Positions 1 to 13,597 of a stretch of 64,000 nt of DNA are shown one piece after another (positions within the stretch are counted from its first letter, which is position 1; every line of letters begins with the position of its first letter). The DNA lies in NCBI GenBank assembly GCA_951406725.2, contig OX597831.1, positions 43,896,001 to 43,960,000 on the forward strand, given 5' to 3'. The notes beneath the pieces were generated by a model. It was not told the origin of the DNA. It did not search any database and saw nothing but the letters and a program-made list of their open reading frames with translations. A program made the position numbers and the translations under genes. The stretch is from Octopus vulgaris. Taxonomy: Eukaryota.

Positions 1-218
1 GTTGTTTTTGTTGTTGTTGTTGTTGGTGGTGGTGGTAGTGGTAGTGATGTTAGTGGTGGTGGGCTTGTTAGTGGTGATGGTGGTGGTGGTGGTTATGGTG
101 GTGGTGTAGAAGTTGTTGTTGCTGTTGGTGGTGGTAGTGGTGGTAGTTGTGGTGGTGGTGTAGAAGTTGTTGGTGGTGGTGGGTTTGTTAGTAGTGATGG
201 TGGTGTAGAAGATGTTGC

Positions 219-249
<31 letters not shown>

Positions 250-346
250 GTTGATGATGGTGGTGTTATTAGGGATGATGGTGGTTGTGGTTGTGGTTGT
301 GGTGGTGGTGGTGGAGGTGTTGTTGTTTCTGTTATTTCTGTTGTTG

Positions 347-378
<32 letters not shown>

Positions 379-392
379 GGTAGCAATGGTGA
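1..392. repeat. Compound (GGT/GTT/GAT)n trinucleotide low-complexity tract
   Basis: Direct reading; the Pro/Thr and Val/Leu ORFs here are repeat translations. Confidence 0.9.
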
Positions 393-942
393 TGGAACTG
401 AAACGGGTGCAAGAACAACTTGCGATGGGGGGAATTGGTCCTTTTATTTATTCCATCCCACCCCAGCCCTTTCACCGATTTTATTCCATACTCATCTCCT
501 CAATATTTCGCAGTTTCCGGCCAATATACAATTAATATCACACATCATTTATACAAAAATCACCCAAGTTTTCGACTCAGCTTTCAGATGTCCAGCTTCA
601 ACGCTATCCGCACGGAACTGTTAGTGAGACGTTTGAGCAAGCATTGTAAACCGAAGCCATAATATGTAAATCGCTGAATGTGTTGTTGTTTCTTTCTCTT
701 CTTTTCGTTAAAGGACATCGGCTGCAAGATTACATAAAGATACGAGGAAGTCTTACGTTTTTTTTTATTTTTGTTCGTTTTATTTTTTTTTGCCTTCTTT
801 TCTTTTGCTAACCAGCTTTACTACTTGGAGAGATTGCGGTTGAGTATCGTTTTAGCGTTAACGATCGCAGCCGACGGCTATTTAGTATTGCTGGCTCGTA
901 CGCTGCCGTATAAATTGTACACCACTCTTGGTTGTTAAGCTA

Positions 943-1008
<66 letters not shown>

Positions 1009-1018
1009 TATATATATA

Positions 1019-1444
1019 CATACAAAATTTAGAGGAATGACCACTAAAGTGGACACCCTATATGCTAAACCTAGACGTCAAATCGCCATTACCACGAAGA
1101 ATGTGTTCTCAAGAAAAATCTCAGCAAAAAAAAAACAAAATATAAAAATAAGCAAGACAAATAAAAATATACAAAACAAAAAACGATTTTTATTTCGTAT
1201 ATTTTCATTTGTCTTGCGTATTTTTACATTTTGGTTTTTTGCTGAGATTTTTCTTGAGAACACATTCTTCGTGGTAATGGCGATTTGACGTCTACGTTTA
1301 GCATATAGGATGTCCACTTTAGTGGTCATTCCTCTAAATTTTGTATGCAACACAATTTTTAATCTTCGGATTTTTTTAAAAAATATGTTAAGCCACTGCT
1401 TTTAATTAATTAATATCAATTTCTACCCTTATCATTTAATTTAA
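1019..1444. mobile_element. Fold-back element: long inverted repeat 1019-1347 plus unpaired tail, between microsatellites
   Basis: catacaaaatttagaggaatgaccactaaagtggaca... is mirrored by ...tgtccactttagtggtcattcctctaaattttgtatg; (CA)n/(TA)n on the left and (TA)n on the right. Confidence 0.75.
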
Positions 1445-1729
1445 TATATATATATACATATATATATATATATGCGTGTGTGCGTATAAACAGTGGTTCC
1501 AAAAGACGTTAATTATGTGACGGTCACTCCCTTCAGGTTAGTGTTCCTCAACCATTTCTTGCCAGTAAAATAGTTCCTTCCCGAGTTATGTAGACTTATA
1601 GATCCGGTTTTCCGGTTTCCATGGCGTATTGTATGCTGCCGTATAAATTGATCATCACTCTTGGTTGTTAAGCTACACACACACACACACACGCACACAC
1701 ACACACACACACACATACACACACATACA

Positions 1730-1761
<32 letters not shown>

Positions 1762-2054
1762 TTTATATATAAAATCATTTGTCTTTCTGTCTGTTCCCAA
1801 TGCATTCTCAAACGGCTCAACCAAATCAAATCAAATTTTACGTGAGTGTCAACATGTAATTGTTTTGGGTCAAAACAATGCAACATTGGAACTGGTTCCG
1901 TATTACGTCTCAGAACTCGAAGAATTAAAGTGAAACCTTCGACGGAGTAAAAGTTATAAATAGTTTCACTTTTAATATTTTCACTTTTAATAATTTCACT
2001 TATAATAGTTTCACTATGTATAGATATATAATTGTATGTTGATATATATATGTA

Positions 2055-2149
<95 letters not shown>

Positions 2150-2368
2150 GTATATATGTACATATATATATGTATATATATTTATGTATGCATATATATA
2201 TATATGTATATATATGTATGTATGTGTACATATATATGTATATATATATATATGTATGTATATATATGTGTGTATATATATATGTATATATATATGTGTA
2301 TATATATATATATATGTATTTATATATATATATATATGCATATATATAATATGTGTATATATATATAA

Positions 2369-2415
<47 letters not shown>

Positions 2416-2417
2416 AG

Positions 2418-2467
<50 letters not shown>

Positions 2468-2582
2468 GTATATATATGTATATATATCGTTAATCAAATG
2501 TATTCAATGAGAATACAATATACTGAATTCTTTAATACGAGTTCTTGGTATTAAAGTATTTAGACTTTTAATAAGAACGATT

Positions 2583-2840
2583 ATATATTATATCATAAAA
2601 TAAAAGCAGGGTAATTTGATCAAAAAATCCTCAGAGAAGATATACACCGGAAATAAAATTGTATTAATAGATAGATGTATAGATATATAAAGTATGATTA
2701 TTTAAAAAGTTTAAGAGTTTAAATAATCATATTTTATATATTTATACATCTATCTATTAATATAATATTATTTTAGACGTATATCTTCTGTGATGATTTT
2801 TTGATCAAATTTTCCTGCTCTTATTTTATAATATAATATA
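2583..2840. repeat. AT-rich imperfect fold-back (about 260 bp) next to (TA)n
   Basis: ataaaataaaagcagg..tttgatcaaaaaatc..agaagatatac..attaatagatagatgtata is mirrored around ~2710. Confidence 0.7.
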
Positions 2841-3204
2841 TATATGTAGATACATGTATATGTACATATATGTATATATGTATATATATATATGTGTGTG
2901 TGTACATATATATATATATGTGTGTGTGTACATATATATATATATGTGTGTGTGTGTGTATATATATATATATACACACATATGTATATATATATATGTC
3001 TATATAGGTATGTATATATATATATATATGTGTGTGTGTGTTGCAGCATGGCTGCAGTCACATGACTGAAACAAGTAAAACAATAAAAAAAACTATGCCA
3101 TTTTAATCCCGCTCAACGCCGGGTTCCTAGTTGAGAACCAGCTTTAGATAAACAATGCGTGTACTACATACATTAAAAAAAAAAGTTAATTCGAATTCAA
3201 CAGG

Positions 3205-3523
3205 CCCACTGCGTAGCAACTTGGGCAAGTGTCTTCTACTATAACTTCGGGCCTACAAAACCATGGGAGTGTATTTCGTACACCGGGACTGAAAGAAGCC
3301 CGTTGTGTATATATATTTGTGTGTGTGTATGTATGTCTGAGTTTCTCCCCGCCACAATCGCTTGACAACCGATGTTGTGTTTACATCCCCCTAACTTGGC
3401 AAAAGAGACCGATACAATAAGTACGAGGCTTACAAAGAATAAGTCTTGGGGTCGATTGCTTCGACTAAAGGCGGTGCTCCAGCACGATCGCAGTCAAATG
3501 ACTGAAACGTGTAAAAGAGTAAA
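3205..3523 (+). mobile_element. SINE family B copy (5' truncated, internal microsatellite)
   Basis: cttgggcaagtgtcttctactata...gaaagaagcccg-(TA/TG)n-cttgacaaccgatg...cgactaaaggcggtgctccagca...gactgaaac, shared with more than 10 copies in the window. Confidence 0.8.
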
Positions 3524-3543
3524 ACAATATATATATATATATA

Positions 3544-3929
3544 CTAGCAGTATCGCCCGGCGTTGCTCGGGTTTGTAAGGGAAATAACTATAAAGCATTT
3601 TTAGAGAGTTATAGCCAAAAAATAGCCAAAAAATGGGAAACAAAATTATGGTAAATTTTTTTTTGATAGTTAAAAAGGTCGAGTTGCGTCCCCTAGACCA
3701 TCTGTGGTTTGTGTTTCTGATTGTCGACCCCATGTCGAATTTATCGATCTTTTTCAGAACTGGGGGAACTTTTCAAAATTTTCGCTGCGTTAGTTTTGAA
3801 TTATGACATTGGGCTATGTGTGTGTCAAGTTTCATCAGAATCGGTTGAAAGCCGTGGTCAGAGTGAGGGTACAACCAAACAGACACACAGAAACACACAC
3901 AGACAAACTGCCGTTTATATATAGAGAGA
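3544..3929 (-). mobile_element. Non-autonomous Helitron
   Basis: Minus strand starts TC(TCTC)TATATAT and ends with hairpin cccgagcaacgccggg plus CTAG; 3' end matches 11040-11078 and 49504-49542. Confidence 0.75.
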
Positions 3930-4133
3930 TAATACAATATCAAAAGTCAACTACAGAGTTAAATCACTTAGCGACCAAACTGTTTCAAGTTCAGTCACAT
4001 TGCATGGACTTTGGTGAAAGAATACAACAGTGTTCTCCACCAACCCCTGCCGGAGCCTTGTGGATGCGAGTGAAGATGTGTACCTTTTTTCTAGTGAGGG
4101 TGGATGAATGAGCCTCCATATATATATATATAG

Positions 4134-4676
4134 GACGTATTTGCAGTAACTATAGCGAAAACCTTATTTACCAATTGGATGTCTAGATTTGGCATACCAA
4201 ATACAGTGACAACAGATCGTGGTAGACAATTTTAGTCTAGCCTGTTCGCAGAATTCAATAAATATTTGGGGATTAATAGAATTCGTACAACTTCATATCA
4301 CCCACAATCTAACGGAATGATAGAAAGGTTCCATAGGCAGTTGAAATCTTCATTAAGAACTTATTCTGATTCTAACAGTTGGTTAGAAGCCTTACCAGTC
4401 GTATTATTAGGAATTAGAACTGCTGTTAAAGAAAGTATACAATATTCTCCTGCTGAACTTTTGTACGGAACAACATTAACTCTACCTGGTCAAATGTTCG
4501 AAGAAACTAATTCTTTTAATGGAGATGTTAATGATTATGTAACTCGTCTTAGGAGATTTCTTACGGATATTCTTTCTTTTACAAGAAAATTGCAAAATGT
4601 TAAAAGTTTTGTTCCTTCTGATATAAATTCTTGGACACATGTATTTATACGTAACGATGCTGCTCATAATTCACTG

Positions 4677-4678
<2 letters not shown>
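4134..4678 (+). pseudogene. Ty3/Gypsy-type LTR retrotransposon integrase fragment
   Basis: [20 protein letters not shown]...[27 protein letters not shown]...[11 protein letters not shown]...SPAELLYG; in-frame stop; bounded by (TA)n on both sides. Confidence 0.9.
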
Positions 4679-4749
<71 letters not shown>

Positions 4750-5015
4750 TACATATATATACATATACCTACACATATACATATATATATATATACATGT
4801 ATGTATATATGTATATATATGTGTATGTATGTATATGTATATGTGTAGGTATATGTATGTAATTGTATTTTCTATTTCTATTTCTATGTCTAGTTATATT
4901 TGTAATATATTATGTATAATGTCATTGCTGTTGTGTAATGGTTTAATAAAGTATTGATTGGGTATTATCTGATGGTTGATGATTGATTTAGGTATGTTTC
5001 TCCATTTTCTCATTT

Positions 5016-5071
<56 letters not shown>

Positions 5072-5145
5072 TACACATATACATATACCTACACATATAC
5101 ATATACATACATACACATATATTATACATATATACACATATATAT

Positions 5146-5218
<73 letters not shown>

Positions 5219-5220
<2 letters not shown>

Positions 5221-5760
5221 TAATATGTGACAATTATTCGGTAGCCAAGATTAAACTCCAAGTTTCGGATGCCGAGGTGGAAATCCACGCCACCATCTCT
5301 TTAGTTATCTGGCCATCGGAAAAACGCTATGAAAAATGACCGTTATACAAAGGGAAATTTCTCTGTTATTGACCGCTATTGAGACAAAAGCGCTATTCGA
5401 ACGACCGTTAAGTTAGGTAAGGGGGTAAAAAGTTCATAGTGTTCGCGTAAGCACGCTTGTTCATACCTAGACATGTGCGCTCACACACCGACGTGCGAAC
5501 GCATACATTCATCCATCCTCACTAGAAAAACGTACACATCTTCACTCGCATTCTTTGCCAAATGTATATGCATATACATACAAACCCACTCACATAACTG
5601 AAGAGATGGCAGCGTGGATTTCCACCTCTGCATCCGAAACTTGGAGTTTTATCTTGGCTACCGAATAATTGTCACATATTAACTTTTAACAGATAAATTC
5701 CTCTATTTACATAATGTCGAGGTCTCTTTCTTTCTTTTGTTATCTTACCGTTTTTATCAA
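5219..5760 (+). mobile_element. Hammerhead-bearing inverted-repeat element (Penelope pLTR/retrozyme-like)
   Basis: Arms 5221-5308 and 5594-5681 are inverted copies; tail 5682-5760; (TA)n on both flanks. Confidence 0.75.
5594..5652 (+). ncRNA. Type I hammerhead ribozyme motif
   Basis: ATAA CTGAAGA gatggcagcgtggatttccacctctgcatcc GAAA cttggag TT TTAT: intact core, paired stems I, II and III. Confidence 0.75.
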
Positions 5761-5775
5761 TATATATATATACAT

Positions 5776-6246
5776 AAAAGAAGTTTGAAAATGCCACTAT
5801 ATCAGATAAATTTTAATTTTCTTAGAGATTTTAGATGTTTCGGTTCTTCTTGAAAAAACGAACCTTATCAAAAATATTTTTAGAAGTTAAGTGTAATAAA
5901 GAACCACCACCACAGTCACTAGTACTACTACCACCAACGGTCTCTGCTACTACTGCTATTACGGCCAACGATCATTTTCACGATTACAGCCAACGATTCT
6001 AGTCAACGCACAAGACAGCCATTATGCCCCACCCCCAAAACACCACCACGTGGACTCTGTTGAGACTATTAAGAAACAATTACGAAGTTTTTTATTACAC
6101 TTAACTTTATATTTTTGATAAGATTCGTTTTTTTCAAGAAGAACCGAAACATGTAAAATCTCTAAGAAAATTAAAATTTATCTTATATAGTGGCGTTTTC
6201 AAACTTCTTTTTTTATAAATATATACCCACTCGTATGCCACCTACA

Positions 6247-6250
<4 letters not shown>
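5776..6250. mobile_element. Second inverted-repeat element with a hammerhead-like motif in each arm
   Basis: Arms ~5776-5900 and ~6090-6212 are inverted; short tail then (TA)n. Confidence 0.7.
6111..6159 (+). ncRNA. Hammerhead variant with U3-A8 core (mirror copy at 5828-5875, minus strand)
   Basis: ATTT TTGATAA gattc..gaacc GAAA catg TA AAAT; palindromic stem III ACATGT. Confidence 0.6.
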
Positions 6251-6303
<53 letters not shown>

Positions 6304-6924
6304 GCGTATATACATACATGTAAGCGCACACAGATATATATTCACACACATACATAGATACACACATGCATACATACACGCACGCACGTACGGACACACA
6401 GACAGGCACACACACGCACACATCCACACACACACACAAACACAAACATAGAAGCGATAAATTGCTGAATCATGGACCATGCGGGTTGCTCTTATGTGAA
6501 TCTAGAAGTGCTCCGACGACATGTTTGAGATAGACGCCATTGCTATGAGGAGTGCCTCTCTGTCCACATTGTACAAATGATTCGTAAAACCATCCGTCTA
6601 CGTGTTTTTGCCTCCAGGCAAATACACAACTCAGTACAGTCTCATTACTAGAAGTACTGAAAAAATCGTCATCACACCGGGCATAATGTTTAGTGACGTT
6701 TTTTTTCCAGCTCTTTGCGTTCTGATTTCAAATGCTACGGTTGTTGACATTGTCTTTTAGAGATAAAATAAGAACCGACATAATTAACTTCCCCTCCCTT
6801 CAAATCTGCTCGCCGTGCGGTTCAATTAAAAAGGTTTATTGTGCAAATGAGGGCCGGGTGCAATGAAGATTCATGCCTGGGATGAAACCGGTGGTCACTG
6901 TGAAGCATTATGTCTTTATCTTTT

Positions 6925-7157
6925 ATCTTTCGCTCGCTTCAGTCATTTGACTGTGGCCATGCTGGGGCACCGCCTTGAAGAATTTTAGTCAATCAAATCA
7001 ACTGCAATACTTTGTTTTCTTTTAAACCTAATTCTTACTTTATCTGATCTTTGGCCGAATTTCTAGGTTACAGGGACGTAAGCACACCAACAACGGTTGT
7101 CAAGGGGCGGCTGAAGACGTACACAGACATAAAGATACATGCACAGACAAACACAAA

Positions 7158-7207
<50 letters not shown>

Positions 7208-7250
7208 TGGTAGGCTTCTTGCAGGTTCCGTCTACTATATCTACACACAA
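6925..7250 (-). mobile_element. SINE family B copy (diverged)
   Basis: cagtcatttgactgtggccatgctggggcaccgcc... with internal (CA)n. Confidence 0.7.
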
Positions 7251-9789
7251 GAAGGTAATGGGGAACTTCTGTTGAATCTTTCGCCACAACTTTCTCTCAT
7301 TCTTTCCTCCTGCATCTTGCAGCTCACCTGCGACGGACCGGCGTCCCGTCCAGGTGGGGAACCTCTACGCCGAGGAAACCTGGAAACCGACCTATGAACC
7401 AGGGATGGCTCGAGAAGCAACAAACAACAAAAGAACAAAACATATAAATATATGTTTTGCTGTTTTGTATATACAGGCGCTGTCCCAGGAATTTTTCAAA
7501 AGGAGTGCACAAGGACAGAAGGGAATACACTTCCAGGAGAAAAGGGCGTAATAGCATTATTTAGAAGGGCGTACTTCTTTTCTTGAGGAGGGGCCCTTCT
7601 TTTCTTGGATCGGTCCCTGATATATATATATATATATATTGTATAAAATATTTTACAGCATGTAACAGAAAAGAAATGAATTACCATGAAATTTCTTTGT
7701 TTACTTTGGACGTTTCTTTGTTTGATGTGTATGCACGTATGTGCATATGTATGCGTGTAGCTTTGCCTCGAGCAGAGTCCACTCTGTCACAAGCATCCAG
7801 GTCAGCCCTCCGGTTTGAGGATATCTGCCTTCTTCCAGCCTCTGTCCCACAACTCACATAAGCCTTGTGAAGCGATATTGGCCCTGCCTGACTAAATAAA
7901 AAAGATTTTCTCTATATTTGCACAGGAGTAAAACTCGTATACACAGCCTTTACTGCTGCTGTTTACCACCACCAAAAGCACACACACACACACACACATA
8001 TACATATGACACGATCGATGTTTAGTTATTTCTCGTAGGTCCCGCACCCAGTAGACATTCCAGCTATGGCTACACCATCCTATTTTTTGTTCAGCCATAA
8101 TGCATCCTATTTTTTGTTCAGCCATAATGCATCCATTTGAATACGATCCAACATTTTCCTTTTTAAGACATCAGAATCCCTATATGAGCGAGATAGAGCT
8201 GCTATTTCTTGTAGGCGCAGAGGTGCAGAAACCGTACTGAGAACCCCTTTCGACTTGTGTCATTGATATTGATGCTTTACAATCGGTGTCGTTGATTATA
8301 TTGTTTAAACATATGTCAGACTTGATCTGTGATCAAAGGCGTTCCAGGCGCGACGACCCAGTCTTTATTTATAATAAAGGCATTCACCACATTAATGATG
8401 TTCGAAAAGGTAACGACAGGTCGATAATGAAATGGAAAAGGTTAGGTTTCTTAGAGGAGAAACCAACGCTGCGTGTTTTCTAGAAATTTTGCGGATACTT
8501 ATACTATGTGAAGTTAGTTACTTTAAACCCCAGATCTAACCTGATTGATCCTATCTATGGTCAGAAGAGTACCAGTCACGAACATCCTGACCCTTTGTAT
8601 ATCAGGGAACGAAATATCCAATGTTCCATTTCAATGTACCCTTCTTTTTCAAAGACCGCCACTCAGCGACTTTGAAAGTTATGTCAGTGGATCACAAGCT
8701 TCCTGTAGACATTCCCAAGCTAGACAGGTCAGAGGATGGGCACCAGACTAATATGAACCACTTTCTCACAGCGGTAATAATGGGTTTACGTAGGGCCAAT
8801 GCCTCAACAGAGATAACAGCAAAGTTGCAGAAGCATCAACAACCCCTGAAAACCAACAACATCTAGGAGAGGAAGGCATTTCCTTAGGGAAAAACAGTGG
8901 AGATGGACGAGCCACATCTTCCCAGATTCGAGAACAATGCACAAAGGTCTCCATTATTTCGCCATCACATTTATTTGTAGTCTCCCTCTTACTACTCCCT
9001 CTCTTTCTCATTCTGTAGCTTTCTCTTTCCTCTTTCTCCTTCTTTCCCTCTCTCCGTAGCTCTACCTCTGTCTCTCCCACTACATACACACATACATATA
9101 TATGTATATGTGTGTATATATTTATATGTATATTATATATATGTGTGTGTGTGTAGAGAGAGAGAGAGATAGAGAGAGAGAGAAGGAGATAGATAGATAA
9201 ACGCATGCATGCATACACACATGTATATATGCATGCATACATACATACATACTTTCATTGATACACACATACATGCATACATACATAATACATATATACA
9301 TTCATACATACATACATATATACATACATACATGCATGCATACATAGATGCATACATACATACATGCATACATATATACATACAAGCTTGCATACATACA
9401 TGCATGCATGCATACATACATGCATACATACATACATGTATACATACATATATACAACATTCATTCATACATACATACATACATACATACATACATACAA
9501 ACATACATACATACATACATACATGCATACATACATACATACATAATGAAAACATAATGAAACGAAAACTAATGCACACAGTTTAATCATCACACCGCAA
9601 AAATACCAAAAGGAAAACATCCAATAACAACATGGATGTCGACGGTAAAGGTAGGTTGGAGAGTTACAATAATCAATCTATTAAACTTGAGGAGATACAT
9701 GAGATAAGAGGTGATACGAATCTCTCTCCAAAAAGTATTGGTAAATTCCGTTCATGAAAAGAACCAGAATTGAAAAGAAATGTAGAGCA

Positions 9790-10570
9790 GTTCACTGAAA
9801 TGGTGCATGGGTAATTGGCGCGAAAGCTACAAACTATAGAAGGAATTGATCATAAGAAAAGCTTGGCAATGAGTAGCCGTCGATTAGAGATGTTAATAAG
9901 ATCCCACCTTGAAGGCTACCTCCGTGCAATCCAAGACCAAGAGATCCACACCAAGTCCCTGCAGCATAAACGAGGTAAAACAATGATAGAGAATAAATGT
10001 AGTCTGTACAAAACCAAGGCTGAAGACATCAACCACATTGTTGCCAACTGCGAAAGAATGTCTTCTGGATATTACCTTCCCATGAGGCATACTGCGGTGG
10101 CCAGAACAATCTGGAACTGGATAGCAAAAAGAAAAACACCAACAGACGAATCTGACTATATTGAGAATGATACGGCCAAAAGGATATTGACTAATGGAAC
10201 TTAAAACTTAAAACTTAAAACATCCACCGAATTAAAACGCAAGCGACCAGATATTACCGTGTGGGATGACAAGGAAAATACATGCGCTGTTGTGGAAATC
10301 ACCTGCCGCCTAGATATCATGTAGGTGGAAAAATACAGGCAGGGAATATCTATGGACCATTGATAAGAAGTTTACAAATTCTGGTACCCAAGATACACTT
10401 TCAACTTCCTACCTATTATCATTGGAACAACTGGATAGATGGCAACCAGTCTGGCACGAAGTATAACCGAACTAGGGTTCATGGGAAGAGAACGCAAATC
10501 CTTAATTCATACACTACAAACGATCACGATATCTGGGACTATAAAAAAACTGCAGGACCTTTATAAGATT
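9790..10570 (+). pseudogene. Decayed RLE-type non-LTR retrotransposon (R4/Dong-like) C-terminus
   Basis: EGYLRAIQDQEI, decayed zinc knuckle C..E.INHIVANC, YLPMRH, then KRPDITVWDDKENTCAVVEITC after a frameshift. Confidence 0.8.
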
Positions 10571-10686
10571 TAAGGGATGAGGCACAAAACAAGATGCTTT
10601 CCTTCAAGACCCTGTTACCAAATATGTGACTCATCAGAATTAACTTTAACTAAAAGGAGAAAGATAACACACACACACAATACATA

Positions 10687-11078
10687 TCTTTATATATAAA
10701 AGTTGTGTGTCTGTCTCCTACGATTTAGATTCCTAACTACTCCCACATTTTGCGGTGCAGTTTAACCAAAACCAGGTATCTTATAGTCGTAATTCATATC
10801 GAGCCCTTCTGGGTATTAGCGCGCGTCTACGATGAGTCTACGATTTAAAAAAAATTTACCATCATTTTTTCCATTTTAATGCACTTTTTTCGCTATTATA
10901 TAAGGGAATTAACTCTCTAAAAATGTCTACGATGAGTCAACGATTTAAAAAAAAATTTACCATCATTTTTTTCCCGTTTTTAGTGCATGATTTTGCTATT
11001 TTTTGGCTTTAACTCTCTAAAAATGCTTATATAGTTATTTCCCTTACAAACCCGAGCAACGCCGGGCGATACTGCTAG
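10687..11078 (+). mobile_element. Non-autonomous Helitron
   Basis: 5' TC, 3' hairpin cccgagcaacgccggg plus CTAG, A|T insertion site; homologous to 49030-49542. Confidence 0.8.
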
Positions 11079-11388
11079 TATATATATATATATATTAAAA
11101 ATAGTTATTCGTAAAAACGAAAGAAGTTGAATTATTGATAGAGTGAGGAAGGAAGGGGAGTGAAAGAGAGAGAGAGAGTGAAGAAGGAAGAAGAGTGAGA
11201 GAAAGTACATTTAGTAAAGAAGTGAATCTTGTATATAAAGTAATATCGTTTATTTTCAATGAAAAAATAATTCAAGACCATATTATTGTGTCTCGGGTAA
11301 AATGTTTCCTTCCTCACAAATATGCATCCGTTTTCACGTGAAAAGCAAACACACACATAGCTAGCTAGCTAGCTATATATATATACAT

Positions 11389-11756
<368 letters not shown>

Positions 11757-12042
11757 TTATACATAAATACAGATAGATATAGATACAGAGATAGAGAGAT
11801 ATAGATTTAGATAGATATAGAGAGAGAGATAGTAACAAAAATCCTTAGAAGAAATGCAACAGAAATCTTTAGAAGAATGTTTCTATGTGGAACGTGACGA
11901 GTAAGATTTTGAAGCTAAAAATATATAGGAAGCTGTGACTTTCATGCATTTTCCTCAGGAACAAGAAAAAAAACAATGCGACTGAAATTAAATAGAAGCG
12001 CTTAAAATGTAAATATTTATCAACGGCGTATTGTATACACGC

Positions 12043-12084
<42 letters not shown>

Positions 12085-12313
12085 CTAGCCACAGTTGCTA
12101 CGTGAATATCGGAAGCTGACATTGAAAAACCTATTTAAAGAGATTTAATCTTATATAAATCAATATTATTCATTTTTAATAGAAAAATAAACCAAGACCA
12201 TATTATTGTATCCCTGGTCAATTATTCATGCACCCCAAGTATGGAACCAATTCGTGTAGCCATTTTCGCGTGAAAAGCGAACATACATGTATATCTTATA
12301 TATAGGATATGTA

Positions 12314-12346
<33 letters not shown>

Positions 12347-12357
<11 letters not shown>

Positions 12358-12570
12358 GAGGGTACTACTATTCATAGATACCGCACGCTAGGAGGGGCCC
12401 TTGCGGCATCAAGGGCCCCTCCTAGCGTGCGGTATCTATGAATAGTAGTACCCTCTATATAATATAAATAAATATTTTCAAAGTGGAAAAATTTACGGAC
12501 TTTTTCTCTTACGAGGTTTTTCACGCTAACTACTGATAATTTGTTATAAAGATTTTATCCTCAATTTTAA
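12347..12570. mobile_element. Perfect hairpin (arms over 50 bp, 6-nt loop 12404-12409) plus tail, within (TA)n
   Basis: ttatatagagggtactactattcatagataccgcacgctaggaggggcccttg-cggcat-exact reverse complement. Confidence 0.75.
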
Positions 12571-12624
<54 letters not shown>

Positions 12625-12636
12625 CACCCAAAATTA

Positions 12637-12791
12637 ATTTACGAAGGTGTCATTAATTCTATTATTATCCAATGTTACTATTTTAAAAATGATAATAACA
12701 GAATCAATGACGTTTTTAAAGTAGTTATCATTTTTACCATTTTTAAAATAGTTACATTGATAATAATAGAATTAATGACACCTTCGTAAAT
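12637..12791. repeat. AT-rich fold-back within (TA)n
   Basis: atttacgaaggtgtcattaattctattattatc ... gataataatagaattaatgacaccttcgtaaat. Confidence 0.75.
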
Positions 12792-12792
12792 G

Positions 12793-12831
<39 letters not shown>

Positions 12832-12844
12832 ATTTTTTTTATTT

Positions 12845-13224
12845 TAATTGTTTAAGTCATTTGACTGCGGCCATGCTGGAGCACCGCCTTTAGTCGAGCA
12901 AATCGACCCCGGGACTTATTCTTTGTAAGCCCAGTACTTATTCTATCGGTCTCTTTTTGCCGAACCGCTAAGTGACGGGGACGTAAACACACCAGCATCG
13001 GTTGTCAAGCAATGCTAGGGGGACAAACACAGACACACAAACATACACACACATATATATATATACATATATACGACAGGCTTCTTTCAGTTTCCGTCTA
13101 CCAAATCCACTCACAAGGCATTGGTCGGCCCGAGGCTATAGTAGAAGACACTTGCCCAAGATGCCACGCAGTGGGCCTGAACCCGGAACCATGTGGTTGG
13201 TTAGCAAGCTACTTACCACACAGC

Positions 13225-13227
<3 letters not shown>
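12845..13227 (-). mobile_element. SINE family B copy (near full length)
   Basis: tRNA-like head (gtggctgtgtggtaag...ggttcagg) on the minus strand, body, internal microsatellite and tail. Confidence 0.85.
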
Positions 13228-13306
<79 letters not shown>

Positions 13307-13316
<10 letters not shown>

Positions 13317-13597
13317 ATTCGAGACAAAACCACTATTTTAAAACCAAACAAGGAAAGACTTAATCAATACATAAAATTTTAATATAAATTAAATAAACCG
13401 CCACTACAAATGTTTCATGTCTGCTACCGACAATCTTCAGGTGGATTTTCGATCTTCTAATCAGTATCAAATTTTGTTTGGTTTTAAAATAGTGGTTTTG
13501 TCTCGAATTATATTATATAATATTTTACTATAAAATTGGATTTAACCCTAAATCTGATTTTTCCCTGTAATTTTGGATTCATTCCCTAATATTTATT
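13307..13597. mobile_element. Inverted-repeat element with central hammerhead and tail, within (TA)n
   Basis: Arms ~13307-13351 and ~13474-13518. Confidence 0.75.
13401..13444 (-). ncRNA. Type I hammerhead ribozyme motif
   Basis: Minus strand: CCAC CTGAAGA t tgtc ggtagca gaca t GAAA catttg TA GTGG; all core nucleotides canonical. Confidence 0.8.

Noticed and set aside
581-662. Possible exon after ctttcag
   Set aside because: Short, no recognisable homology and no supporting neighbouring exons
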